From assembly GCA_028023455.1 (NCBI GenBank), contig JAQFVV010000008.1:7440001-7504000 (forward strand): a stretch of 64,000 nt of DNA, given 5' to 3'. Numbering within the stretch: the first letter of the stretch is position 1; every line of letters begins with the position of its first letter. The position numbers were made by a program, and so were the translations under genes. Shown here piece by piece: positions 14,469 through 27,550 of this stretch. The notes under the pieces are model-generated. The model was not told the origin of the DNA. It saw nothing but the letters and a program-made list of their open reading frames with translations, and searched no databases. The DNA is from Epiperipatus broadwayi (Eukaryota > Animalia > Onychophora).

Positions 14469-15347
14469 TACTTTGAAAGATCAACTTTCCCATAATTTCA
14501 TGATCTAACGTTTGCTGCCTGTCCATTGATTTAAGTCTTGCTTGTATTTATATATTAACATAGCTTCCTTCATTTTTCTTTTATTATTATTTCTTTCAGT
14601 TTGCAATATTTTTACGTTATTATAATTGAAATTAAAACTGTATATACATGATTTATTATGATCCTGTTTAGAAATGATAATCTTTGTAAATATTCGTCAG
14701 ATAAAGGTAAAAATATTGAAATGTATTCTAATGAATTGTTAAATGTTGGATATAATTATGATCATATTTATTATACTATTAAAAATTTTAATTTGAAATA
14801 TAAATATAAAAATAAGATTAATAATGAGTTAATTCTTCTGATAATAAAATTTGTATATCAATATCGTATTTTGAATTGACAGGCAAGTTTCATAAAGAAA
14901 ATTTATAAAGGTATATGTGATATTGCATTTTATGCACCACCTACATTAAATAAATTAATAAATAACTATAAAGATAAAACCTTATTTACAAATAAAAATT
15001 TATAAATGGATGCGTAGTTGTGGTAGTGGATATATAGGTGAGTTGAGATGCACATTGGAGAAAAGAACAAAAGAGCACTTGTTGTTATTAAAAAGAGTTC
15101 AAAATACGAAACAAAATTGTAAAGATAATGATAATTTATCAGCTTCTGTTTTTCATGACCATAATAAATCATGTGTATATGGTTTTGATTTCAATTATAA
15201 TAATGTAAAAATATTGCAAATTGAAAGAAATAATAATAAAAGAAAAATCAAGGAAGCTATGTTAATATATAAATACAAGCAAGACTTAATAGGCAGGTAG
15301 CAGACATTAAGATCACAGAATAATGGGAAAGTTGACCTTTCAAAGTA

Positions 15348-15389
15348 TTAGTTGACAAAGACTACAAGAATAGTTGAAACTGCTTCTAA
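15348..15389 (+). ncRNA. Damaged copy of the same hammerhead motif
   Basis: TTAG TTGACAA A GACTA CAAGAA TAGTT GAAA C TG C TT CTAA; stem III mismatch and a CUU triplet. Confidence 0.45.
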
Positions 15390-15514
15390 GTGACATTTAT
15401 ATTTTTTGTTCTTTTTAACAAATTTTAATTAATGTATTTTCTAATATTTGTTTATAAGTTTACATATATTATTTTGAGGAAATACAGATATCGATTTGTA
15501 GTATTATTATATAT

Positions 15515-17296
15515 TGTGCCAATGCCAAATTGGCACATGTATATAAAATAATTTTGTCTAAAAAAATTATTAAAATCTTTCGTAAAAGAGAGTGAAATAA
15601 AAGTTATAAAAATCGGAAGTTTCTTTAAATGTAAATGCAGTTTGTTTTCGTGAAAATAAGATTTAAAAATCAGAGAGTTCTTAAAAATAAAACTTACAAT
15701 TAAAGGGGAGAGGGGGAGTTTTGTTTAGAAAAGATAAAACTAAGAGTTCATAAAAGTTAAAGAGTATTATTGTTATAAATTAAAAGTTTAAAAAAATATA
15801 AAAATCTCTTTTCATTCCAGTTTATTATAATAAATTATATATGTGCGTGCGAATGTAAACAAAAGTATGCATGTTAGAATAATATAAAAAAGAAAAATAT
15901 ATATAAATGAAAGTTAAAAAAGAAATTATATTTGGAAAACACAGCGATGGCTATTAAGTTAAATAAAGACAACACGTTTATGAAAATAAATATTGAAATG
16001 AAATGTATTTAAAAACACAGTGGTGAGCTACTAATTAAGGATATAAAAACAACACGTGTTGGGATAGCTAATTAATCAATCGTCAAAAACACGTTGTCAT
16101 AGGATTAATCTAAAGGAATTTCGACAACACCTATTGCACATTTGCCGGCGGATATTAAAACAAAAACACTTCGCAGGTATAAATAGACTTTTTTTTTATT
16201 ATCGGACAATCAGTGGGAGTTTGCAATTCAGTCTAGTTTGCAGTTTCAGTCTATTTAGCAGTGTCAGTCTTGTTTACATTATTTAGCAGAAACAGAAATG
16301 CAGTGCTGAAAATCTTATGGAAATATACGCTGGTGCTTCAGCCCTTTGTCCAACAAGATCATCAAAACCTGCCTGTGAAATAATGTCTTCATAACCACTC
16401 CAAAATCCTCCGTCAAAATGTTCAACTGTCTTCAAGAATAAAAATGTATTCGCATAAAATCTCTTCAAGAATTGTCAAAATCTAACCGGTTAGATATAAT
16501 TCATCGGAAGCAGCAGAAGCAGCCAACGACAAGCAAAAAAAATCCTAGGTATATATTTTATTATTATCATTTATACGTAGTAGTCACCACTGTAATCTGT
16601 AAATATTCAAGACTCAAATTATATGAACTCTATCATACATAAAATGAACTATTGATATGTGTGTGTAAGTTTCAAATGCTATTAATGCTTTAGTATTATG
16701 TTTGTGAATGTGAAAAGATTTAAAGGTCAAAGATTATTTATGCTTTTTTCTTAAAATATATTATCATGTGTTAATTTAAAAATAAAAAAAAAGTGCGTGT
16801 GTTAAAATTGGATTTATAGCAATGTTTATAATGCGTTAATGTTAGTTAATAAATTATCTTTAAAACTTAATTAATGATAAGTAAAATAAATTGTCTTTAA
16901 ATTTAAACTTTATCTGTCGGTCAATTCTTTTTATCAATCTCTTCTTACCAATATTTTATTACTGATTAAAATTAGACTGGGCTAGTTAAGGGAATTGTTT
17001 CGAGCGCTGGATTATGAGCCTACTGCCCGAATATGTTAGTCTTCAGACTAGCTGTTGCCCCGAGGTTTACCCCGAAACAAATAAAGTATTTGGATAGTAG
17101 GGGTTTGAATCTAGCAGCCGAGATGGGCCATTGTTGATAGTTAAAGCTATCAATAAGATCTCCCATTTTGCTCGAACGTGCCGGTTCATTCACGTAACCT
17201 TTATAAGATTATAAATGTAGTTATGAAGGAGTTTGAAACCGGCCAAAACTTATATATACGTATAAGTAGGTGGTTTCAGCGGTTCGACCCGGTACA
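15515..17296. mobile_element. Probable large solo LTR (1782 bp) inserted in (TA)n
   Basis: Begins TGTGCC and ends GGTACA, with ATAT on both sides (15511-15514, 17297-17300). Richer in CpG than the flanks; no long ORF. Confidence 0.55.
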
Positions 17297-17299
17297 ATA

Positions 17300-18705
17300 T
17301 ATATAATAAAAATAATACAGAAAAGTTTTTTTACCAAATATTTTTTTTGCCTTTATCAATCTGATGAAACTATTTTAAAAGTTCAATTTATATTACATAC
17401 ATAACATCTATCTTTCTTATGTTTAAATTAACTAGAACCAATAATAACAATAATACAATATATATATATATTTTAAATCTGTATAAATAAATGTATAATT
17501 TGCCATTCATTTTTCATTAGGCAATTATTAGTTAAATTAATTGATGTTTTATATAAATTCATACAGTTATGTTTGTTGTATTTAATATATTTTGTTTCAT
17601 ATATTTTCCTTTATTAAGTTCTTTAATATAGTTTAAAGATTTTATATTTTTTTACATAATTTATTTTATGTCTGTATTTTAAATAATGAATATTTAATGC
17701 AGATTTATAATCTCTTCTATTAATTGCATTATTATGTTCTTTACCTCTTTATTTAATTATTTCTGTGTATATCTTAAGTAAGTCATATTCAATTTCCACA
17801 TTCAATTTTATATATAATTCCTTTTTTTATATTTTCATATATTTTATTTTATAATTACATTGTAATTTATCTAGATTTTTACTATTTGAACATCCTATGT
17901 TTATGTTTTTATCTATATAATTTTTATTTTTATTAATGTATTATGAAAGTTTTATTCACTGTTTTGTTAGAGTTATGGTTATTATTTATAGTAGAAATAT
18001 TATTTAAATTAGATGATTTACAATTAAAAAGTATATTTTTAATTATCTTAGGATTATATCCATAATTTTTATATAATTCAATAAACTATACCTTTTGTAA
18101 AGTAACTATATTTTTATCTGTATTATATTTATGTTTAAAGTTTTTTAATAAAATAGATGATATGAAATATAAAAAAGGAAATGTATATAAAATTAATTGT
18201 GGAAATTATAATATGATTTATTATGGACATTCAGAGAAACAAATAGATGAAAGAGCTAAAGAATATAATAATGCAATTAATAGAAAAGATGATAAATCTG
18301 CATTATGTATTCATTATTTAAAATACAGACATAAAGTAGATTGTGTAAAAAGCATAAAAGCTTTAAACTATACTAAAGAATATAATAGAAGGAAAATATA
18401 TGAAATGAATTATATTAATTACAATAAGCAGAACTGTGTGAATTTTTATATATATAAAATATCAATTAATTTAACTAATAATTGGCTAATGAAAAATGAA
18501 TGACAAATTATATAATATACAGGATTTTATTTTTTACATATTGTATTATTGTTATAACTGGTTTTAAATTAATTTTATATATAAAAAAGATAGATATTGC
18601 TATATATGGAGTGTAAATTGAAGCTTTAAAATAGTTTCATTACATTAACATGGACCAAAATAATATTTACTAAAAAAGCTTTTCCGTATTATTTTTATTA
18701 TATAT
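17300..18705 (+). mobile_element. Second Penelope-like remnant (GIY-YIG) with a ~530-bp inverted arm
   Basis: ORF 18162-18503 (GNVYKINCGNYNMIYYGHSEKQIDERAKEY...DKSALCIH...RRKIYEMNYI...NCVN) matches the PLE GIY-YIG pattern. 17300-17840 is a diverged reverse complement of 18155-18705. Confidence 0.8.
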
Positions 18706-18759
18706 ACAGTTATTGCTATTTAACATTCAAATTTATTTATTAAATGCATAGGACATATG

Positions 18760-19168
18760 TAATTAAAGATAAAGGATTTCATCTTTTTACATATGCACCT
18801 TAATTTATATTATAGCTCAACAATGTCGTGTTGAGACAAAGGAAACTCAAATACAAGATAGAGATTTATAAAAATAATAGTGTCTTATCTTTACCATAAA
18901 TTCTTAATTATATAGGCCAATCTGAAGCACCTTGGTTTGAGAGCATGAAGATATTACATCCTATGCACTCTCAAACCAAGATGCTTCAGATTGGCCTATA
19001 AAATTAAGAATTTAGATTAAAGATAAGATGGCCATTCTTATCTTTATAAAGTCTTTATCCTGTGTTTGGGTTTGAGAATTTCCTCTGTATTTAACATGAC
19101 ATTGTTGAACTATTATATAAATTATTAATGCACCTATATGAAAAGGTAAAATCCTTTGTCTATAATTA
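18760..19168. repeat. Long palindrome / fold-back with ~200-bp arms
   Basis: Core arms 18898-18946 and 18963-19013 are almost perfect reverse complements (AAATTCTTAATTaTATAGGCCAATCTGAAGCAcCTTGGTTTGAGAG). The match continues outward with more divergence. Confidence 0.9.
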
Positions 19169-19337
19169 ATTATTGCTATTATATAAAGATACTTTATATT
19201 ATTCCGCATGATTTATTTAAATATGTGAAAGTAGCATAATGGATTAAATTTCTTTTTATTTTTGATAATGTGATAATATGTTTTTATTTTAAACAATATA
19301 TAAAAATGAATTTATTGTATGTACTTTTTTTTTAAAG

Positions 19338-19405
19338 GTAAAATTAGTTTAGCTTGTGAAACACTTCAGGAATTGGATACTAGTTTAAAATATAAACCAG
19401 GAGTG
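19338..19405 (+). CDS. SRP72: SRP72 coding exon
   Basis: tttaaag|GT AAA ... GGA GTG|gtaagt; 68 nt; (G)KISLACETLQELDTSLKYKPGV vs human GNISKACLILRSIEELKHKPGM. Confidence 0.92.
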
Positions 19406-19581
19406 GTAAGTTTATACTTTGCAGCTAATTTATTTTTGATCTTTAAATTGTTTTATTAAATTTTAATGTGTGATTGTGTATATGCAAATAAAGTTTATCA
19501 AATGATTTTGTGTGTATATGCAAATAAAGTTTATCAGATGATTTTCTTTGTTTATTTCAACATTTGTAATACCAGATTATT

Positions 19582-22500
19582 TCATGTGATGTGATGTGAT
19601 GTGATGTACTGTGACTTCTCCTTAAACGGAGTCAGGAATCTCTCAGCAGCTATGCCCAGAGAAACCTGTTAGCCACTTTACCTTCCTTTTTTATTGTCCA
19701 CCCTAAGTTTTCCCATAATCTGTTCCATTCCATTTCCACAACATAATCTTTGTCAACTCCATGACCTTCATATCTAAATCCCCCTTATTTTTTCCCAAAC
19801 CTAGCATAAAAACCAATAACGCACTTTCTGTATAATCACTTTGTTCATATTTAACCTTCCATAACTTCATTATTTGTACCCTTTCTGCTTCCAAACATCT
19901 ACATTGAAGTAACAAATGCCTAATATTTTCTATGCCTTCCTTTCACAACTTGCAGACTAAATCACCCATATTTTTCCTTTTACGTGTATATTCCCTTGTT
20001 GCTAAAGATCCCATTCGAGCCTTAAACAATAAACTACTTTCCTTACTATTATCATAAATTAACTCACACCCAATGTTCCGTTTACTTCTATAGATATTTA
20101 AACTCGTTTTATTCTCCATACTATTTCTCCATCTCTCCAACTCCCTATTCTTTATTAGTGCATTTATTCTTCTATCCCACTCCTTCCCACTATAACACTC
20201 AACATTCCTCCTAACACAATCATCCCATCTTTTGTACAAGTATACTGACATAACTTTTTTATCCAAATCTTCTGCATACTGCATTACCTTTCTCACCTAT
20301 CTTGTTGCCTGCCCTTTACTTGTAACCCAATTAAATACTATTTTGGCTATTCTTTTATTATCCATAAACTGCAATCTACCGAACATTTTCAATTTGCTTT
20401 TTGCATCCCTCATATAAAAACTTGACCATCCCATTCCTCCTTGAATTGCCTCTTTTGCTGTCCACACCTCAGCATCTAATGCATGTCTTTCTACTTCCCT
20501 TTGTACTTTTTCTAAGCAATCTAATACCCCTTTACTAACACATAATGCATCATTGCCGTATGTTAACCCTGCTACTGCCACTCCCTTCCATACAATTCTA
20601 GCTACATCATATTTATTATATGAAAACACTGTTAATTTCGTTATCAATCCCTTTCTTTTCTTTGCTTCATTTATCAATTTTTTCTCCCATTCATCCAAGC
20701 AATTTTTCTTATTACTCAAGATGATTCACAAATAACTATGTCTGTTCACCGCACTTAACTTTATATCCCCCAATAAGAAATTTTTGTCTTCTCTTTCCCC
20801 AGTATTCACCATCATTATATTTTATTTTTCTTCACTAAATTTAATCCCCATGGCTTTACCCACCCTTGCGCATGTCATCAGCATAACTTCCATATCTTCT
20901 CTTCTTTCTGCACACAAAAAGACATCATCCGCAAAAAAAAAGACCCGACAATGGATATACTCTCTTGCCACCTGTTAAAGGTATCTCTATCCCTCTTCCT
21001 AGACTTTCTATTGCTCTCTCCATTTCACTCAAATACAACACAAACAAAATAGGTGACATAGGGCATCCTTGCCTCAGTCTCACCCCATTTTTAACTTTAA
21101 CCGATTCTATATCCCCTAATTGATATGTATAGTAATAATTTTCATATAATTTTTTAATAACACCCACTAAAGCTTCATCCATTCCCAGATTTGCTAAACT
21201 TATCCATAATCTATTTCTATTCACTCTATCATATGCCTTCTCTATATCTATAAAACTCATATATAACTGTCTACCTGAATTTATACTCATATCTATAAGT
21301 TGTGTAACTACAAATAAACTATCTCCTATACGCCTATCTGACCTAAAACCTCCTTGCATTTCCCCCACTCCATTATTTTCTTTCATCCATTTTGCAACTC
21401 TTCCAGCCATCATATATGAAAAAACTTTATATAAAACTGATGTTACTGCTATTGGTCTATAATTATTTAACTTTCTATGATCCTTACCTTTCCCTTTAAA
21501 TAATAATCTTACTCTTGTATTACTCCAACTACCTGGAAAAACTCTCTTCTGTGCCATCTTATTAAAACATGATAGTAACTTTACTTTTGCCCTATGCCCC
21601 AAATTCATTACCATCTCTGCTGCCCATCCATCTAATCCTCTTGCCTTACCACTTCTCAGTTTCTTCCCTGCCTCATTCAGTTCATTTTCTGTAAATGTAA
21701 TATTCCCATTACTATATGCTTTCATATTTTCTATCCCTCTGTCCTTCACATCTAGCATCTTTTCTATATCCATTACATAACTATTCAATATTCTCTCTAA
21801 TTCTCTAGAGCTACACTCTATTCCCTCCTCATCCAGTAATACTATCTCTCTCTCCCCTAAATTTTTCCTTTTAATGTAATTCCAAAATTTTTTACTCCCA
21901 TCTCTTCCACTTTTATTAATATCATCCAATAATTTACTATTTAGTTTCATTCTCTCTCTATAATTAGCTATTTTAGCTAACTTCTTCTTTTCTAAGTACT
22001 TTTCCCATTTAGCATTAATATCTTTTTCACTTTCTTTGTTCTTAATAGCACACTTATATTCTCTACATGCTTTTTTCCTCTCTTTTACACTTTTACTAAC
22101 TCTCATTTTTCTATTACTTTTATTCTGAATATTCTCACCTAAAACCCTATTTGCCACTTTTTCTATTTCATCACACCAGTCCTCATACTCATTTCCAATC
22201 AACTCTTCCATGGTTTCTTCAACTTGTATTTTATACTCTTCTAACTTATTCTTATCATTCACTTTCCATCCACATCTTTCACTATTGTTTCTACTTTTAT
22301 TCTTATTTTCCAGCACATTACTAACCATTTCAATTACAACAAAATTATGATCACTATTACATACTCTCTCTTCATTATCAAACACTTTAATTTTATGTTC
22401 TTTATTCATTCCCTCTTTCTCTACCAATATATAATCTATTGTGTGGGATATATTATTCCTAGACCATGTATATTGTCCCTCATAAATATTAGATAAGTTT

Positions 22501-22858
22501 CCAATGCTCAAATTTACTCTCTGACAAAATTTCTTCAAAAGCTGTCCATTCTTATTGTCTACATCATCAATTTCTTCAATATGCCCATTTATATATCCTA
22601 TAATCATTATTCTCTTCCCCTTTTCTTTAAAACTCTTTATATCCTTAACTAGGCACTCATATATGCTATTGTTCCATTCCATTATAGTTTGACTATCTCC
22701 AGTAGCTATATAAACTATAGCCACCATCCATTCTTGTTTTCCCAACCTTATTTCAAACCACAAATGTTCTTGGCATTTAACAGTATTTAAATATTTTTTT
22801 GATATAACACCTATACCACCACCCTTTTTTTCTTTCTCTTTTCTATTTATACCCTGCC
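19582..22858 (-). mobile_element. 5'-truncated non-LTR retrotransposon (APE + RT + C-terminal Cys/His motif); clade not assigned
   Basis: 646-aa ORF 20925-22865 has TIDYILV, SDHNFV, NYRPIAVTSVLYKVF, FIDIEKAYDRV, RQGCPMSPILF and continues by frameshift into FFADD. C-terminal LFKAR...CKL...LLQC; 3' tail (CACAT)n at 19584-19607. Candidate 13-bp TSD ataccagattatt (19569-19581) / ataccaaataatt (22859-22871). Confidence 0.9.
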
Positions 22859-25102
22859 ATACCAAATAATTCTATCTAGTGTACACCTAAGCCATCTATT
22901 GTAAGTTTGAGTAATCAAAGATAAAACAGTAGTGTTACCATTTCTAGATTAGTTTTTTGCTATTGGCTATTTTTAATGAAGAGTAAGCCAATGACCATAA
23001 ACTAATATAGAGATATCGATTGTTAGCCTTACCATCCATCTAATATAAATTGGGTAGTTGTGAAGGGACCAGTTTGACTCAAAAAATATACAAAGAAATG
23101 TAATAAAATTTAAAAAAATGAAATTTAGACATATTTCAATAATAAAAAAAAAAAAGAGACCAATTTTCTTACTCAAGAGTTACTAAAAATTAGGTACTAA
23201 AAGTAATAACTCTGAATGAAGTATTATGACATAAAATTAAATAGAACAGTGATAAAAATTCATTGATTTTATATATATAAAATTATAAACAAAAAAAATT
23301 ATAGTTATAAAAAAACTAATGATTTTAATAAACATGTAAATAATATTATGGCTTATTAAATGAAAAAAAAAAATTATATGTTTTAAAGGTACAAATAATA
23401 ATTTTGTAAAAAATAACATTAATTTTTTCCAACTTTTCACAAATTTGAAAATGTTCAATTTGATTTTCCTTTTTTTATTTTTTATTACAGCTTTTCAGTA
23501 GAAGTATTATATGAATTTTTTCAAATCATATTTCTACTGAATTATATAATTTGTAAAACTTATTAAGTTTTGAAATTAGCTGAATACTGGTATGGAAGGT
23601 TTTTAATGTTACTCCTTCTAATTAAGAGATATAATTTGTGCTGCATGAATAAACTTTCCCTGCATACAGAAAACTAGATTCAAGAAATTATAAAGACTGC
23701 ATCTGCAGACTTTGCCTTACAAAACTGAGAATTTAAAATAGAACTGAATCAATAATGGTTGAAATGATAATGATGATGGTTATAAATATCTGCCTCAAAT
23801 AACAGTATTTACAGATAGTATCATTGTTGATTTTATCATTTAAAAAAAGAAAATTAGTGATCATGTATCTTCATGAAGTTAATTAATTTTTTTGTCTAGC
23901 ATATTGTTAAAAATATTCTTTGATACTAAATCCACAAATGCACTTAACAAATAGATATTTGTAGTGTTTTCTTCTAATATATTTTTAAATTATATGTTGC
24001 ACATCTTAGAAAATACACATACATAAAAGTGCGTAGTAAGAAAATAGAATTCTTTGAAAATATGTTAAACAATTGCATATTCTATGGAGTTAAGTTAAGA
24101 AAATCTTACCTGCAGAATGCAATTAACTATAATGTTATTTGTTGTAAAATAATCTGTTTCTGGGAGATTTGTGTGGTTTCTATGTTGTGAATTTAATTTC
24201 ACATTTTGAAGGAAAATATAATAATCACATCAAAGACTTATTAATCACATTTCAAAACTCACCAAGTATAAGGATCTGAAGTACACACTTGAGACAAATA
24301 TCAAATTTGATCCAGTGGATTATTTTTAATTTAAAATAAGACAGTCATTTATAAAGTGGTGATTAAATATATTGTTTTATTTGATATGATATGAGGATTG
24401 AATGAGTAAATTTTGTTAAATAATATATTGGCATCTCAATAAGTTGTTATGAATATGCAAAAAATAACATGATTATAATTAACAATAAATAAATTAAATT
24501 AATACTCAGTGTTAAATAATCTCTAATGATATATTAAAGCAATTTATTTAATTACTAAGCACATTTTTTGGTTATTCATTTACTGGATTTAATCTAATAA
24601 TCTCCATAACTTTTCTAAAATGAAATCATTGATATTGATGAAGTCAAGGAGGAGAAAATTAATATTTATAGAATACAGATAGTTTTCATTCAGCAATTCT
24701 ATTTATTTTTTTTTGCATAATTTATACATATAATTTTAATCTAACTATATTTTGTTTATACATATAAAATTTGTTTAAATCCAAGAAAAATAAATTTACA
24801 TTGCTATTTGTTGTAGTTAGATTTTTTTTTACATTGTAATGAATTTAATTGAATGCATTTTGCATGCATTTGGTTAAAATTTTATGTAGTATGAATTTCA
24901 TTAAATTTAAAGCCAATTTGTAATAAAAAATTTGAAAAAATAAACATAATAAATATGATCATTCGATTGAACTAATGGATAAGCATATAATGGCTATTAT
25001 CTTGATGCAAGTAATTTATGATTAAAGAATAAGGATTTTGTTTGTTTCCTGTTATTCATGAGAGAGTGGGGAATATATGGTTATATCAGAAAAAAGTAAC
25101 CC

Positions 25103-25686
25103 TGTTGTGTTTGGTTAGGCTTGCAGGTTCGTTTCCAAACCAACAGATACAAAACGAACAACTATTCAGCAATAAATATGTACAATTTATTAATACAAAA
25201 TATATACACACGTTAGTTAACAAATATGGTTGGTATGCTTCAATGCTGAGATAGTTGTGCGGAGTAAGGAACTCGCTTCCAGCTAATGATTAGCCTGTGT
25301 CGTGAGTTCTGGTAAGAAGACTTCCAGCTATGTAGTTAGCTTGCTTCGAGTTGGCTCTAGTTCAGATGTAGTAGTTTCCAGTTCATAGGTGGACTTGCCT
25401 CACTGTGTGGACATCGTGATAATGACTAGACAAGTACCTTTGCTGATGGCAGAAGGTTTAAGGGAGAACACATTCTGTTGTTCAGGTTAACAGAAGTAAT
25501 TGTTCTCTGACCTGCCTCCAAAAAGCTGACTATTTAAAGGCAGATCCCCTACCTTACTGGAGACACACGGATTCAGTGCGCGAACCCCAGTGAAGGTTTT
25601 AATCCCGCTGGAAAGCAACTGGGTGCTAGCCAATCAGGTAAGGAATCTGGAATAGTCCACTTCTGAAGGCAGGGTCAGATATGATA
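25103..25686 (-). repeat. 3' LTR of Gypsy element 1 (584 bp)
   Basis: Direct repeat of 27751-28336, roughly 94% identical by hand count; adjacent to the PPT. Confidence 0.93.
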
Positions 25687-25859
25687 TCCCTCCCCATGGC
25701 TGAAATTAGCCCTGGAGGACATAGTCATTGAGATGCACTGGACGACGTTTTGTCTGCTTGATTGATTCCTTTGGTTGATTGTTGTTCCTGTCTTCATCTT
25801 CTTCACTTGATGAGTTTGTTTCTGGTTGTCTGCTGCTGTCTTGATAGCTTCAGATGTGT

Positions 25860-27253
25860 GGTGTAGTCTTAGCTGGTTGTGATGGTGATGATGACCATCT
25901 TCAGTTTGCACAACAATGTAGAGGCCCTTTATTTGCATCACCACTGCTGGTCTCCATCTTGTGGACCCATAGTACTTATGACATAGTAATTTTGTTCCTA
26001 TTTGGAATTTTATTCTGTTTTTATCTTCTAGTTGAAGTTTGGCATCAGATTTCAGCTTTTTATTAAAGACTTCTGATTCATTAGTCTTCAACTTTGATAA
26101 TGTTGTGAGCTGGTTCACTTTGGTCACTTTGAACCCTAAGTGACTGAACCAGTCACGACCTATTAAATCATTATGGATACCTAATGCCACTACCAGTGGT
26201 AGGTATATAGTTTTGTTAGGCAAAGTAACTTTTCCTGTTGTTTGACCCAACAGTTTGATTTTATTCCCTTGGTAATCTGATATTGACTTACAGCAAGGGT
26301 GCAGCTTGTATTTATTCTTTTTATTTATGATCGTCCAAGTCTTTCTTGAAACTATTGACACTGCTGACCCTGTGTCAAGTTCCATATTAACTGGTGTATC
26401 ATTTATTATGACAGTGTATATAAACCCAGACTTGTTATCTCTGATATGGTTTATACAGGCAACTTGCTTATGTTTATTATCAGTGCCTTTACTGTCTTTA
26501 GGAATAGACTTGGCTGACTTTTTAATTTCAGACATGCTGCCTTTATATGTCCTATACACTTGCAAAACATGCATGTTGCTTTGCGGTATGGACATTCTGT
26601 ATGCATGTGCATGTGCTCACTGCATCTATAACAATGTCTTAGACTATATGATGCTGAGTTCTCTGAGCTGACTGAGTGCATGGATGACACAGTGTTATGC
26701 TCGATTTTTTGCACTTCATAAGTTTTTTTAAAGGGTTAGCTTGACTAGCTATTGTTTCTGCTAGTCTTGCTTGAGCTACCACTGTCTCAAAATCTAGGTC
26801 TGGAATCATTAACATTTTCAGCCTCAAATTGTGTTCGTTTATTCCACAAATAAAACAATCACGAAGTGCTTCATTCATGAAGTCTTTGAACTCGCACTTT
26901 AAGGCTAATATATGGATTTGTGTTGCAAATTCTCTAGCTGTTTCACCCTGTTCTTGTATGCTGAGATTAAAATGGTATCTCTGCATTATTGTCAAGGGTT
27001 TAGGAGTAAAATACTCTGTGAGAATTATCAACACTCTATCAAAATCCAGCTCAGCTGGGGTTACAGCCGTAGATTAAGACTTGAAGATTTCATATGTTTG
27101 CGGACCTATCGTGGTCATTAGTGTGGCTAACTTTAACTCAAGATTTTTTATATTATTAGCCTGTAGATAAAAAATCAAACGCTCTTCATAATTTGGCCAG
27201 CTCTCAGGTTGAGCCGGATCAAAAGATTCCATAGAGCCGATTGCTTTAGCCAT
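25860..27253 (-). pseudogene. gag: Disrupted gag (two CCHC knuckles) + aspartic protease fused to an integrase C-terminal tail
   Basis: ATG at 27253 gives MAKAIGSMESFDPAQPESWPNYEERLIFYLQANNIK; knuckles CYRCSEHMHMHTEC and CMFCKCIGHIKAAC; protease MELDTGSAVSIV; then FQIGTKLLCHKYYGSTRWRPAVV...HNQLR (SH3-like integrase tail). Confidence 0.85.
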
Positions 27254-27550
27254 CTTTTTTTATTTATACTGAGTAACCACTTGTATTTGTTTTTATAGTT
27301 ACGTTATTGTAACTAACTCAACGAAGCTTTTTAACCAATAGAGCGAGCTTTTATGCTGTCTTGCAAATAAAGCTCTTGTGATTGGTTGAAGCTTGTAATT
27401 AACACACCTTTATGCCTGCATTCAATTTATTCAACAGTTTTACATTGTTATTTTTCTAAAAGAAAAATACCACGCAATGAAATTACAGCAAGATAAAAAA
27501 ATTTTCCAAAGCGAAAAATAATAAACAAATACACTCGCGTATTTTATAAT

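Larger units (their letters stand above)
14340..15475 (+). mobile_element. Penelope-like element remnant (RT thumb + GIY-YIG endonuclease + pLTR) with an inverted copy of its 3' end
   Basis: ORF 15010-15300 (GSGYIGELRCTLEKRTKEH...SASVFH...FDFNYNNVKILQIERNNNKRKIKEAMLI) is a PLE GIY-YIG domain; linker FYAPPTLNKLINNYKDK lies upstream. 14340-14662 is the reverse complement of ~15157-15475. Confidence 0.85.

Noticed and set aside
17311-17372. TTGATAAAG...AAAC motif at the end of the second Penelope remnant (minus strand)
   Set aside because: Probably a hammerhead relic, but GAAA and stems II/III are too eroded to call.
19475-19545. 36-bp-period tandem duplication just after the 19405 donor
   Set aside because: Real but trivial slippage duplication with no evident function.
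23560-23785. Possible eroded RTE 3' end (ATAATGGTTGAAATGATAATGATGATG)
   Set aside because: Only the tail resembles the 9700-9724 end; too short and diverged to support.
25860-25900. GHHHHHNQ histidine run in ORF 25675-26595
   Set aside because: A decayed version of the RRHxNQL motif at the end of Gypsy integrase, not a metal-binding domain.
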